A DNA stretch of 64,000 nt, from assembly GCA_934141555.1 (NCBI GenBank), contig CAKPCK010000003.1, positions 6,510-70,509 of the forward strand, in the 5' to 3' direction. Each line of letters opens with the position of its first letter. Positions within the stretch are counted from its first letter, which is position 1. The notes beneath the pieces were generated by a model. It made no database searches, was not told the origin of the DNA, and worked only from the letters and a program-made list of their open reading frames with translations. Shown in pieces: positions 16,363-26,285 of this stretch. Both the position numbers and the translations under genes were made by a program. This DNA comes from an uncultured Clostridia bacterium (GTDB taxonomy: Bacteria > Bacillota > Clostridia > TANB77 > CAG-508).

Positions 16363-18900
16363 ATGAAAGAAAAAAAGAAAAAAAATAAACAGCTAAATAA
16401 TGTGAAAGGAAAAAATACTAAAAATAAAAAAACAAATGTAAAAGATGCAAATAATAAATTGATAAAAAAAGATGCAAAAATGAAGTTTAAATATAAACAT
16501 CCAAAACTAGCACTAACATTAAAAATATTATTAGTATTAATTATATTAATGATAGTTATAGGTGCAGGTGTTGTTATAGGACTTATATATGGGTTCTGGG
16601 GAGACGATTTTAAAATAGATTTATCAAAATTAACAATGATAGAAAATACAGTAATTGTCGATTCAAATGAAAACGTATTAGCAGAATTAAACGGAAATGA
16701 AAGTAGAAAAATTATTACATTAGATGAAATGTCACCATATCTGCCAAAAGCTTACATAGCAATAGAAGATGAAAGGTTTTATCAACATCATGGTGTAGAC
16801 CTAAAAAGAACTACAGCCGCAGTACTTTCATTTGTAACACACTTTGGAAAATCAACAACAGGTGGAGGAAGTACAATAACACAACAATTAGTAAAAAATA
16901 TAACACAAGATAAAGAAAGCAGTGGAATTGAGGGAGTATTAAGAAAAGTAAAAGAATGGGCAAAAGCATATCAAATAGAAAACGAATTGAGTAAAAATCA
17001 AATATTAGAATTATATTTGAATTTAATTCTTGTAGGTGGCAGAAATTATGGAGTTCAAACTGGAGCAGAATATTATTTTAATACAGATGCTTCAAATTTA
17101 AGTATAGCACAATGTGCATTTTTAGCAGGAATAAATAATTCACCTAATAGATATAATCCATATTCTGAGACAGACCATACAGAATTAATAAAAAAGAGAA
17201 CTAAAACAGTATTATGGCAAATGAAAAAATGTGGATCTATAAATCAAGAAGAATATGATTCAGCAGTAGCAGAGGTTGAAGCAGGATTTAAATTCGAAAA
17301 TGGTGTAAAAGGAAATGTATATTCATCACATACTGATGCATTAATTTCACAATTAATAGACCAAATAGCAGAAGAAAAAAATATTTCTAAACAAGCAGCA
17401 GAGACATATTTAAATACAAGTGGATTAAGAATATATTCTACACAAGTTGAATCAATTCAAAATACAATTAAATCAGAAATGGAAGATCCTAAATATATAT
17501 TATATGGAAAAGATAAAAAAGGAAATGATGTAACAGCTGAAGCTGCAGCTGTTGTAATTGAACCATCAACTGGTTATGTTGTTGGAGCTGTTGGACAATT
17601 AGGAGAGAAAACAACTTCAAGAGGATTAAATAGAATTAATTCTCCAAGGCAAACAGGTTCTTCAATAAAACCATTATCAGATGTATTGCCAGGAATTGAA
17701 GAAGGAATAATAACACCAGCGACAATATATGCAGATACAAGAACAACATTTGGAACAAATTGGACGCCTAAGAATTACAATGGATATAGTAGTGGTGTAT
17801 ATAGAACAGTAAGATCAGCATTAACAACATCTCAAAATATACCATTTATAAAAATACAAGCAGAGTTAACTCCAAAAAAGGGAATGGAATATTTAAAGAA
17901 AATGGGAGTATCTACATTAGATGAACAAGGTGATAACAATTTAGCAGCTGTTGCAATTGGAGGATTTACAAATGGAATAAGCCCATTAGAAATGGCTGCT
18001 GCATATGCAATGGTTGCAAATGATGGTGTATATATAAAACCAACATTTTATTCTAAAGCAGTAGACTCTTCAGGAAATGTAGTATTACAACCAAATCAAA
18101 CGACTGAAAGAGTATGTTCTGAACAAACAGCATATATAGTAAAAGATTTGATGAAATCAGTAGTTAATGATGCTGGTGGAACAGCTTCATATGCTAAAAT
18201 TAGTGGAATAGATTTAGCCGCCAAAACAGGAACAACAAATGATACAAAAGAAAGATGGCTATGTGGTTTTACAAATTATTATTCATGTGCAGTATTTTAT
18301 GGATTTGATGAACCACAAACAATTACTAAATCAAGTAAAGCATCATCAGGTTCAATATTTTCATATATTATGAAAGAAATACATAAAGACTTAGAAAACT
18401 CATCATTTAATCAGCCAAGTGGAATTGTTTCTGCAAAAGTATGTAGAACAAGTGGAAGATTGGCAACAGATAAATGTACAAATACTTATACTGAAATATT
18501 TGTAGAAGGAAAATTACCTGAGACTTGTGATGCACATGATTCAAAATACACAATTTGTACAGCATCTGGATTATTAGCAAATAAATATTGTCCTGATTCT
18601 GATAAAAAAGTTATAGAAAATTATGTTGTTGAAAAAGAGAGGTTAGGAATATGGGGGACATCAGATGGTGTAAATACCCAAAAAGAACCAACAGAATATT
18701 GTAATATTCATAAAGCACCAGAAACAAAGCCAACTCAAAGTACCAAACCAACTGAATCAACCAAACCAACAGAATCAACGAAGCCAACTGAAAGTACCAA
18801 ACCAACAGAATCGACAAAGCCAACTGAGAGTACTAAACCAACAGAGTCAACAAAACCAATTGAAAGTACAAAACCTAATAATACAGAAAGTACGGAATAA
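16363..18900 (+). CDS. penicillin-binding protein 1A (bifunctional glycosyltransferase/transpeptidase) with Cys-rich and STKPTE-repeat C-terminal extension
   Basis: GT51 motifs (EDERFYQHHGVD, GGSTITQQLVKN), transpeptidase SSIKP, SxN, KTGTT; N-terminal Lys-rich tail and TM. Confidence 0.9.
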   Translation: MKEKKKKNKQLNNVKGKNTKNKKTNVKDANNKLIKKDAKMKFKYKHPKLALTLKILLVLIILMIVIGAGVVIGLIYGFWGDDFKIDLSKLTMIENTVIVDSNENVLAELNGNESRKIITLDEMSPYLPKAYIAIEDERFYQHHGVDLKRTTAAVLSFVTHFGKSTTGGGSTITQQLVKNITQDKESSGIEGVLRKVKEWAKAYQIENELSKNQILELYLNLILVGGRNYGVQTGAEYYFNTDASNLSIAQCAFLAGINNSPNRYNPYSETDHTELIKKRTKTVLWQMKKCGSINQEEYDSAVAEVEAGFKFENGVKGNVYSSHTDALISQLIDQIAEEKNISKQAAETYLNTSGLRIYSTQVESIQNTIKSEMEDPKYILYGKDKKGNDVTAEAAAVVIEPSTGYVVGAVGQLGEKTTSRGLNRINSPRQTGSSIKPLSDVLPGIEEGIITPATIYADTRTTFGTNWTPKNYNGYSSGVYRTVRSALTTSQNIPFIKIQAELTPKKGMEYLKKMGVSTLDEQGDNNLAAVAIGGFTNGISPLEMAAAYAMVANDGVYIKPTFYSKAVDSSGNVVLQPNQTTERVCSEQTAYIVKDLMKSVVNDAGGTASYAKISGIDLAAKTGTTNDTKERWLCGFTNYYSCAVFYGFDEPQTITKSSKASSGSIFSYIMKEIHKDLENSSFNQPSGIVSAKVCRTSGRLATDKCTNTYTEIFVEGKLPETCDAHDSKYTICTASGLLANKYCPDSDKKVIENYVVEKERLGIWGTSDGVNTQKEPTEYCNIHKAPETKPTQSTKPTESTKPTESTKPTESTKPTESTKPTESTKPTESTKPIESTKPNNTESTE
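18721..18897 (+). repeat. 18-nt (6-aa) in-frame tandem repeat, about 9 copies of (S)TKPTE
   Basis: ETKPTQS-TKPTES x6-TKPIES-TKPNNTESTE at the PBP1A C-terminus. Copies differ mainly at synonymous positions. Confidence 0.9.
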
Positions 18901-18981
18901 GAAACCAAAAACAATTAATATAATTTTGCCTCACAATATGTGGGGCAAAAAGCATAAAATAGAATAGAAAGGAAGGCATAT

Positions 18982-20361
18982 ATGGATATTTATTTTTACA
19001 ACACATTAACAAAACAAAAAGACTTATTTAAACCAATTGAAGAAGGAAAAGTTAAAATATATTCTTGTGGACCAACAGTATACAAAGATGCAACAATAGG
19101 TAATATGAGAACAAACTTGTTAAATGATACATTAAGAAGAGTTTTGAAATACAATGGATATGAATTAAAACATGTAATGAATATTACAGATGTAGGACAT
19201 TTAGTATCAGATGGAGACGAAGGAGAAGATAAGATGTTAAAATCTGCTAGAGAAGAACACAAAAGTCCTTTAGAGATAGCAGAACATTATACAAAATTAT
19301 TTTTCAGAGATTTAGAAAGACTAAATATTGAAACTCCTGAAGTTGTATGTAAAGCAACAGATCATATAAAAGAAATGTTGGAAATGGTTCAAAAGATAAT
19401 GAAAAATGGATATGCATATGAAACTTCTACAGCTATATATTTTGATGTTTCAAAATTAGACAAATATGGTATTTTATCAGGAATAAATTTAAATGACCAA
19501 AAAGCAGGAGCAAGAGTTGATATAGATCCAGAAAAAAGAAATCCATATGATTTTGCATTATGGATAAAAGCACCAGCAAATCATTTAATGAAATGGGATA
19601 GCCCATGGGGACCAAGTTATCCAGGATGGCATATTGAATGTTCTGCAATGAGTACAAAATATCTTGGTGAAGAATTTGATATACATACAGGTGGAATTGA
19701 CTTAGTACCAACACACCATGAAAACGAAATTGCACAAAATAAAGGAGCTTGTGGTAAAAATCCAGCACATTATTGGATACATGGAGAATATCTATTAATA
19801 AATGGTGGAAAAATGTCAAAGAGCCTTGGAAATACATATTTAATAGATGATATAATTGCTAAAGGATATAGTCCACTTGCATATAGATTGTTTAATTATT
19901 CATGTCATTATAGAGGAAAATTAAACTTTACATGGGAAGGAATAGAATCAGCAAATACATCTCTTATTCGTTTAAGAGAAGGATATCAAAAACACTTAAA
20001 TGGAAATTCAAATGTATCTGATGAAATAATTGCAGATATGGAAAATAGATTTCATCAAGCAATAAATGATGATATGAATATGCCACTTGCATTAAGTGTT
20101 GTATGGGAAGCAGTTAAATATCCTGAAAAATCACCTAAAATAGCACAATTACTTAAAAAATTCGATACAGTACTAGGAATAAAAATTGATGAAGTACAAG
20201 AAACAAAAATACCACAAGAAATTTTAGATTTAGTAGAAGAAAGAAAACAAGCTAGAAGTGATAAAAATTGGAGTGAATCAGATAGGCTAAGAGATTTAAT
20301 AGCTGAAAAAGGATATATAGTAAAAGATACAAAAGATGGGACAGAAGTTCTTAAAAAATAA
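18982..20361 (+). CDS. cysS: cysteine--tRNA ligase
   Basis: YSCGPTVY, WHIECSAM, HHENEIAQ, KMSKSLGN motifs; 459 aa. Confidence 0.9.
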   Translation: MDIYFYNTLTKQKDLFKPIEEGKVKIYSCGPTVYKDATIGNMRTNLLNDTLRRVLKYNGYELKHVMNITDVGHLVSDGDEGEDKMLKSAREEHKSPLEIAEHYTKLFFRDLERLNIETPEVVCKATDHIKEMLEMVQKIMKNGYAYETSTAIYFDVSKLDKYGILSGINLNDQKAGARVDIDPEKRNPYDFALWIKAPANHLMKWDSPWGPSYPGWHIECSAMSTKYLGEEFDIHTGGIDLVPTHHENEIAQNKGACGKNPAHYWIHGEYLLINGGKMSKSLGNTYLIDDIIAKGYSPLAYRLFNYSCHYRGKLNFTWEGIESANTSLIRLREGYQKHLNGNSNVSDEIIADMENRFHQAINDDMNMPLALSVVWEAVKYPEKSPKIAQLLKKFDTVLGIKIDEVQETKIPQEILDLVEERKQARSDKNWSESDRLRDLIAEKGYIVKDTKDGTEVLKK

Positions 20362-20390
20362 ATGCAATATTGAAAGGAATATTAAGAATT

Positions 20391-22097
20391 ATGATAGATT
20401 TTAAACAAATAATAGCAGAATCAATTGCACAAATAACAAACATAGAAGTTAACGAAATTAAAGGATTTATAGAAGTTCCAAAAGAACAAGGAAATGGAGA
20501 TTATGCATTTCCTTGTTTCAAACTTGCAAAAACACTAAGAAAATCACCAAATGTAATTGCAGATGATATAAAAGCAAATGTAAATATATCAGAAAAATAT
20601 GTAGAAAAGATAGAAGTTGTTGGAGGATATCTTAACTTTTTTGTAAATAAAGAAACACTTGCAAAAGAAATACTTCAAGAAGTTGATGAAAATGAAGAAT
20701 ATGGAAAATCAAAAATTGGAAATGGTAAAAATATAGTAATAGATTATTCATCACCTAATATTGCAAAAACATTTCATATAGGACATTTAAGAACAACTGT
20801 TATAGGTGCAGCATTATATAATATTTATAAATATTTAGGATATAATGTTACAGGAATAAACCATTTAGGAGATTATGGAACACAATTTGGAAAACTAATA
20901 GAAGGATATAAAAGATGGGGAACAGAATATAATCTTGATGAAAATCCTATCGAAAAATTAACAGAAATATATGTTAGAATTTCAAATTTATGCAAAGAAG
21001 ATGAAACTGTTTTAGAAGCATGTAGAGACAATTTTAAAAAATTAGAAGATGGAGATCCAGAATGTGTTGAATTATGGACTAAATTTAAAGATTTGAGTTT
21101 AAGAGAATTTCAAAAAGTTTATGATATACTTGGAACAAAATTTGATTCTTGGAATGGAGAATCATTTTATACAGATAAAATGGGTGAGGTTATTGACTTA
21201 TTAGAGAAAAGTGGAAAATTAGTAGAATCACAAGGAGCCAGAATAATTGATTTAGAAGATTATGGAATGGCACCATGTCTAATTGAAAAATCAAATGGTT
21301 CATCAACATATGCAACAAGAGACTTAGCAGCAATACTTTATAGAGCACGTACATATGATTATGATAAAGCATTATATGTAACATCATATGAACAAGTTTT
21401 ACATTTTAGACAAATATTTGAAGTAGCTAAATTATTAGGACTTGATGAAAAATATATCAAAGGATTAGAACATGTATCTTATGGAATGGTATTACTTGAA
21501 ACAGGAAAAATGTCAACAAGAGAAGGAAATGTAGTAAAACTTGAAGATTTATTAAATGAAGCAATAGAAAGAGCAAAGAAAGTTATAGAAGAAAAAAATC
21601 CTGATTTAGAAAATAAAGATGATATAGCCAAAAAAGTTGGAATTGGTGCAGTTGTATTTAATGATTTAGCAAATAGCAGAGTAAAAGATGAAATATTTAA
21701 TTGGGACAAAGTATTAAATTTTCAAGGAGAGACAGGACCATATATTCAATATACTTATGTAAGAACAAAAAGTGTTATTGAAAAAGCAGGAGGAGTTCCA
21801 AAAATTGAAGATGTTGATGCAAAATATTTATTAGATGAATATTCAAGTAAAATATTAAAATTAATATACAATTTTGAAAATATTTTAATACAAGTAACAG
21901 AAAAGAATGAACCATCAATATTATCAAGATATTTGATAGATGTTGCAAAAGCATATAGTAATTTTTATAATGAAAATAAAATTATTACAGATAATAAAGA
22001 TATACAAAATACAAGAGTATTTTTAACATATGCAACTGGTAAAGTATTAAAAACGGGAGCAGGTTTACTTGGAATACAAATGCCAGATAAAATGTAG
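20391..22097 (+). CDS. argS: arginine--tRNA ligase
   Basis: SSPNIAKTFHIGHLRTT (HIGH), MSTREG, C-terminal anticodon-binding domain ending in M. Start could also be TTG 20370. Confidence 0.9.
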   Translation: MIDFKQIIAESIAQITNIEVNEIKGFIEVPKEQGNGDYAFPCFKLAKTLRKSPNVIADDIKANVNISEKYVEKIEVVGGYLNFFVNKETLAKEILQEVDENEEYGKSKIGNGKNIVIDYSSPNIAKTFHIGHLRTTVIGAALYNIYKYLGYNVTGINHLGDYGTQFGKLIEGYKRWGTEYNLDENPIEKLTEIYVRISNLCKEDETVLEACRDNFKKLEDGDPECVELWTKFKDLSLREFQKVYDILGTKFDSWNGESFYTDKMGEVIDLLEKSGKLVESQGARIIDLEDYGMAPCLIEKSNGSSTYATRDLAAILYRARTYDYDKALYVTSYEQVLHFRQIFEVAKLLGLDEKYIKGLEHVSYGMVLLETGKMSTREGNVVKLEDLLNEAIERAKKVIEEKNPDLENKDDIAKKVGIGAVVFNDLANSRVKDEIFNWDKVLNFQGETGPYIQYTYVRTKSVIEKAGGVPKIEDVDAKYLLDEYSSKILKLIYNFENILIQVTEKNEPSILSRYLIDVAKAYSNFYNENKIITDNKDIQNTRVFLTYATGKVLKTGAGLLGIQMPDKM

Positions 22098-22111
22098 AAG
22101 GGAAAAAAGAA

Positions 22112-23176
22112 ATGGGAAAGAAGAAAAAAGCATTTGAAATGAATTTTGGAACTTTACTTTTAATCATTATTGGAATATGTTGCATTATATTTGCGTTTAA
22201 AAACTTTTCTAAAGAAAAAACAAAAGCTGAAAACAATTTAAATGAAAGTAATAATTCGAATGGAAATATAGTAGAAAATCAAACAGAAGAAAAAATATAT
22301 TCAAATAATGTAATAAGTTTAGATATAGGAAAATTATCAGATTCATGGAAAGTCGTAGAAAAGCAAAATGGATCAATAATATTTTATATTCAAGGACCTA
22401 TAAAACAAAATGAAGATGGAACTACAGATGGTATTAGAATAAATGTTTATCTTGAAAAAAGTAGTATGACAAATGATGAATTAAAAACACAAATGTTAGA
22501 ACATTCTATATATTCAAATATAGAATATACCAAAACACAGCTAATTGATGATATTCAATGGAGGCAGTTTGAGGCTGAAAATAAAGAACAAAAAGCTAAA
22601 ATTTTAGCAATAATGAAAGATGGATATATGTATGCAATTGAAATTACTGGAGAAAAAAGTTTATATGAACAATATTATAATGAAGCAATGAGAACTGTTA
22701 TGACAGTAAAATTTGCGGAAAGGATTCCAGAAGAGTTAGCACAGAAAACTATTTATAATTATGATAAATATGTTAATTTAAAGGCAGGAGGAACAAAATA
22801 TTTATTAAATAGTTTGAATCTTTCAAAAACTGTAGAAAATACAGGAGAACAGTTGCCAGAAGAATATTCAGAATATACATTTACAGGAATTAAATATTCC
22901 GATTTTGAAGATGCAATGACAAAATATATGACAAGTGATGTGTTAAAACGTGAATTTAGTGAATTTATAAATTATAATGATATTTTATATATGAAAGATG
23001 TAACAGGAAAGCAAAATGATTATATGATTAATCAGATAACAGAGAAAAGTATAAAAGGTAATGAGACAACATATTTAATAGAAAAACAAAACATGAACAA
23101 TTTTATAACATTAAAGCAAAATATAACATTAAAATATGAAAATGGAACTTGTGTAGTTTCAAATATAGAATCATAG
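22112..23176 (+). CDS. hypothetical membrane-anchored protein (354 aa)
   Basis: N-terminal Lys-rich segment plus TM, no recognisable domain, host-like composition. Confidence 0.55.
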   Translation: MGKKKKAFEMNFGTLLLIIIGICCIIFAFKNFSKEKTKAENNLNESNNSNGNIVENQTEEKIYSNNVISLDIGKLSDSWKVVEKQNGSIIFYIQGPIKQNEDGTTDGIRINVYLEKSSMTNDELKTQMLEHSIYSNIEYTKTQLIDDIQWRQFEAENKEQKAKILAIMKDGYMYAIEITGEKSLYEQYYNEAMRTVMTVKFAERIPEELAQKTIYNYDKYVNLKAGGTKYLLNSLNLSKTVENTGEQLPEEYSEYTFTGIKYSDFEDAMTKYMTSDVLKREFSEFINYNDILYMKDVTGKQNDYMINQITEKSIKGNETTYLIEKQNMNNFITLKQNITLKYENGTCVVSNIES

Positions 23177-23229
23177 GGCTGAAAAGTTTAATTTTTAGCC
23201 TTTCTATATCTTTAAGGAGGATTTGGATA

Positions 23230-24090
23230 ATGGCAAATTTAGTTGAAGAAACAAGAAATATAATGAAAAAGTATGGTATTAGAGCTAATAAAGATTTAGG
23301 ACAAAACTTTTTAATAAATAATGAGGTTGTTGAAAATATTGTTAATAGTAGTGAAATTTCTCAAGATGATATGGTAATAGAGATAGGACCAGGACTTGGA
23401 ACATTAACAAAGTATTTATTAGAAAAAGCAGGAAAAGTATTATGTATAGAATTAGATAAAAAAATGATAGAAATATTAGAAGATAGATTTGAGGAATGTT
23501 CTAATTTTGAGATTATAAATGATGATGTCTTAAAAGTTGATCTTAATAAAATAATTAAAGAAAATAAAGAAAATAAAAAAATCAAAAATGTAAAGATAGT
23601 AGCTAATTTGCCATATTATATTACAACTCCAATTATAATGAAATTATTAGAAGAAAAACTAGATATAGAAAGTATAACAGTAATGATTCAAAAAGAAGTT
23701 GCAGATAGATTAATAGAAATTCCAAGTGGAAAAAATACGGGTGCTATAACATATACAATATATTATTATTGTGATTCAGAAAAAATTATGGAAGTACCTA
23801 ATAGTTCATTTATACCTGAACCAGAAGTAACATCAGAAGTTATAAAAATGAAAATAAGAAAAGAACCAGTTGTTAAAGTAGAAAATCCAAAGGTAATGTT
23901 TATGATAATAAAGAGTGCTTTTATGCAAAGAAGAAAAACATTATTAAATGCTTTGACAAATGCACAAGTTTTCATAAGCAAGCAAGAAGGAATAAAGATT
24001 TTGAATAAATTAGGCTTAAATGAAAATGTTAGAGCTGAAAATTTAACAATTGAAAATTATGCTGAACTAGCAAAAGAAATATCAAAATAA
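23230..24090 (+). CDS. rsmA: 16S rRNA (adenine1518/1519-N6)-dimethyltransferase
   Basis: LGQNFL, EIGPGLGTLT SAM motif, ANLPYYITTPI. Start at ATG 23230 after AAGGAGG. Confidence 0.9.
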   Translation: MANLVEETRNIMKKYGIRANKDLGQNFLINNEVVENIVNSSEISQDDMVIEIGPGLGTLTKYLLEKAGKVLCIELDKKMIEILEDRFEECSNFEIINDDVLKVDLNKIIKENKENKKIKNVKIVANLPYYITTPIIMKLLEEKLDIESITVMIQKEVADRLIEIPSGKNTGAITYTIYYYCDSEKIMEVPNSSFIPEPEVTSEVIKMKIRKEPVVKVENPKVMFMIIKSAFMQRRKTLLNALTNAQVFISKQEGIKILNKLGLNENVRAENLTIENYAELAKEISK

Positions 24091-24111
24091 ATAGGAAGGA
24101 ATGTGATAAAA

Positions 24112-25056
24112 ATGAAAATAGTTTTTATGGGAACTCCAGACTTTGCAAGAGATTCATTAGAAGCAATATATAATGCTGGACATGATATTTTAGCTGTTGT
24201 TACAAATGTTGATAAACCCAAAGGAAGAGGAATGAAAATGATTGCAACACCAGTTAAAGAGTTTGCTATTGAAAAGAGTTTACCAGTGTTTCAGCCAGAA
24301 AAAGTAAAGAAAAATGAAGAATTTATAAATGAAATAAAATCTTTAAATCCTGATATAATATGTGTTGTTGCATATGGAAAAATATTACCAAAAGAAATAT
24401 TAGATATACCTCAATATGGTTGTATAAATGTTCATGCATCACTTCTTCCTAAATATAGAGGTGCAGCACCAATTCAATGGTCAGTACTTAATGGAGATAA
24501 AGAAACAGGTGTTACTACAATGTACATGGATATTGGAATGGATACAGGTGATATGATATTAACTGAAAAAGTAAAAATTGGTGAAGATGAAACAACAGGA
24601 GAGTTATGGAACAGACTCTCAAAAATAGGTGCAAATTTATTAGTTGAAACATTAAAACAAATTGAAAATGGAACAGCTCCAAGAATACCACAAGGTGATA
24701 ATTTTACACTTGCACCAATGCTTGATAAAGAAATGTCAAAAATAGATTGGCAAAATAAATCTGCATTAGAAATAAAAAATCTAGTTAGAGGATTAAATCC
24801 TATAATGGGAACATATTCATTTTTAGATGGGAAAAAATTCAAGTTCTGGAAAGTTGAAATATTACCAAGTAAACCAGAATATGAAAGTCAAGATAATGGC
24901 ACAATTATAAAATCAGATAGTAAAGATGGATTATATATAAAAGCTAAAGATGGTATAATTAAAGTTATTGAAATTCAGGCTGAAAATGCAAAAAAAATGA
25001 ATATTGGGGATTTTCTAAGAGGAAATACTCTAGAAGTTGGAAAGAAATTTGAGTAA
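24112..25056 (+). CDS. fmt: methionyl-tRNA formyltransferase
   Basis: MKIVFMGTPDFA, NVHASLLPKYRGAAPIQW. An alternative GTG start lies at 24103. Confidence 0.9.
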   Translation: MKIVFMGTPDFARDSLEAIYNAGHDILAVVTNVDKPKGRGMKMIATPVKEFAIEKSLPVFQPEKVKKNEEFINEIKSLNPDIICVVAYGKILPKEILDIPQYGCINVHASLLPKYRGAAPIQWSVLNGDKETGVTTMYMDIGMDTGDMILTEKVKIGEDETTGELWNRLSKIGANLLVETLKQIENGTAPRIPQGDNFTLAPMLDKEMSKIDWQNKSALEIKNLVRGLNPIMGTYSFLDGKKFKFWKVEILPSKPEYESQDNGTIIKSDSKDGLYIKAKDGIIKVIEIQAENAKKMNIGDFLRGNTLEVGKKFE

Positions 25057-25073
25057 ACATAAGAAATATAAAA

Positions 25074-25103
25074 TTGACATAATTATACTTGATATGCTAT
25101 AAT
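25074..25103 (+). promoter_or_regulatory. consensus sigma-A promoter of the GC-elevated lipoprotein cassette
   Basis: TTGACA 25074-25079, 18-nt spacer, extended -10 TGcTATAAT 25095-25103. Confidence 0.6.
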
Positions 25104-25189
25104 ATATGGTATGAGGTAAAACCTTATATATGAATGCTCACCTAATTACAGGTGAAAAAAACAACGAACCAAGAATAGGAGTGTGCGAC

Positions 25190-26065
25190 ATGTTTAGTAC
25201 TAACATTGTGACCGTTAACAATTTCTACAAGCGTTTGGCATCTGTTTTCATTGCTATTATGATGATGACTAGCATGCTTGTAGCATGTGGCAAGAAGGAG
25301 GATATTGTTCACAGCCAGGAGTGTAATGTTATAGTTGAAATTGGCTCTTCTGGATATAGCTTGGGGGACTATGAAGATCAAAATTTGGTAACTTATACAT
25401 TTTCAGAAGAGGAGTTAGGAAGTAATGAAGAAATAAGACAATGTCTTAAGCAATTCATAAATGATAATGAAAACGCAGATGTTGTAGTTGCCGAATATTT
25501 CTTTGACGGGAAATATGAAGACACGGCGTACGAGCTGAGAGGCTTCTATGCTACAAACGAAAAGTGCTATAGTTATTACATTACTGTTAGTGCAGGTGAT
25601 AGTTTGACTGAGGAGCTCTATGAACGGCTAAAGGAGGAGTGCCAAAAGAAAGAAAAGGAATTCGAGTATGTTGTGCTTAACTTGAGTGCAGAAAATGAGC
25701 TTCAACATGGTTCTGATGTTCAAATTGGTACAGTAGAATGGTGTGAAAGCCATATCATGACCAATAAGGAATTGGAAAACAAAATTATCAGCTATGTCAA
25801 AGAATGGACGCAAGTTGATGACATCGAAAGTATTATTATTGGCTCTTTTCACAGGCCTGCTGATGACTCCTATAGTATTTTTGCTAAAGTTGATGGCAAG
25901 TGGTATGAAGGTTATAAATGGGAAGGCTACACCAAGATGCCGTTGACAGATGCAGAATTTGATGAGATTGGGACATTTTCTTCAAAGTGTTTGACTGAAT
26001 ACTATAACAGTGACTTCTATGAAAAGGAAATGGGGGAGTTTTGGACTAGTATTAAAGAAGATTAA
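25190..26065 (+). CDS. hypothetical lipoprotein (291 aa), compositionally foreign
   Basis: Signal peptide with lipobox (MMMTSMLVAC-GKK), AGGAG RBS. GC clearly above flanks: 29 of 60 G+C by hand count in line 25501-25560. Confidence 0.65.
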   Translation: MFSTNIVTVNNFYKRLASVFIAIMMMTSMLVACGKKEDIVHSQECNVIVEIGSSGYSLGDYEDQNLVTYTFSEEELGSNEEIRQCLKQFINDNENADVVVAEYFFDGKYEDTAYELRGFYATNEKCYSYYITVSAGDSLTEELYERLKEECQKKEKEFEYVVLNLSAENELQHGSDVQIGTVEWCESHIMTNKELENKIISYVKEWTQVDDIESIIIGSFHRPADDSYSIFAKVDGKWYEGYKWEGYTKMPLTDAEFDEIGTFSSKCLTEYYNSDFYEKEMGEFWTSIKED

Positions 26066-26115
26066 TCTCAATTAGTTTTCGAGGTTCAGTTTAAAAATCC
26101 TTTGATTAAAGGTTC

Positions 26116-26150
26116 AAAAACAGGATTCTTTAAAAAGAATCCTGTTTTTG
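26116..26150 (+). terminator. intrinsic terminator of the lipoprotein cassette
   Basis: aaaaacaggattctt / aagaatcctgttttt perfect stem with a T-run. Confidence 0.85.
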
Positions 26151-26177
26151 GTTTTATTTATAAAACAATATAAAAAA

Positions 26178-26220
26178 GATTGAAAATTGTCAAAAATTTT
26201 TCAATCTCTTTTCTTTTTTT
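26178..26220 (+). terminator. second intrinsic terminator (possibly the original fmt terminator)
   Basis: gattgaaaa / ttttcaatc 9-bp stem followed by a tcttttcttttttt tail. Confidence 0.7.
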
Positions 26221-26285
26221 ATGGTTCTATTTCTTTTATGACTGCATATAATTTTAAAGTAAGTATTAAAAGAAAGGAAAACATA

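Noticed and set aside
18721-18897. A regularly spaced short repeat that could be mistaken for a CRISPR-like or minisatellite array.
   Set aside because: The period is 18 nt with no spacers, and it is in frame inside PBP1A, encoding STKPTE units. It is a coding tandem repeat, not CRISPR.
18901-18981. T-box leaders expected upstream of the aminoacyl-tRNA synthetase genes (cysS, argS, hisS).
   Set aside because: The upstream spacers are only ~80, ~8-29 and ~130 nt. The hisS spacer is mostly occupied by the previous terminator. No specifier-loop or T-box sequence (AANNNGGGTGGTACCGCG-like) is visible.
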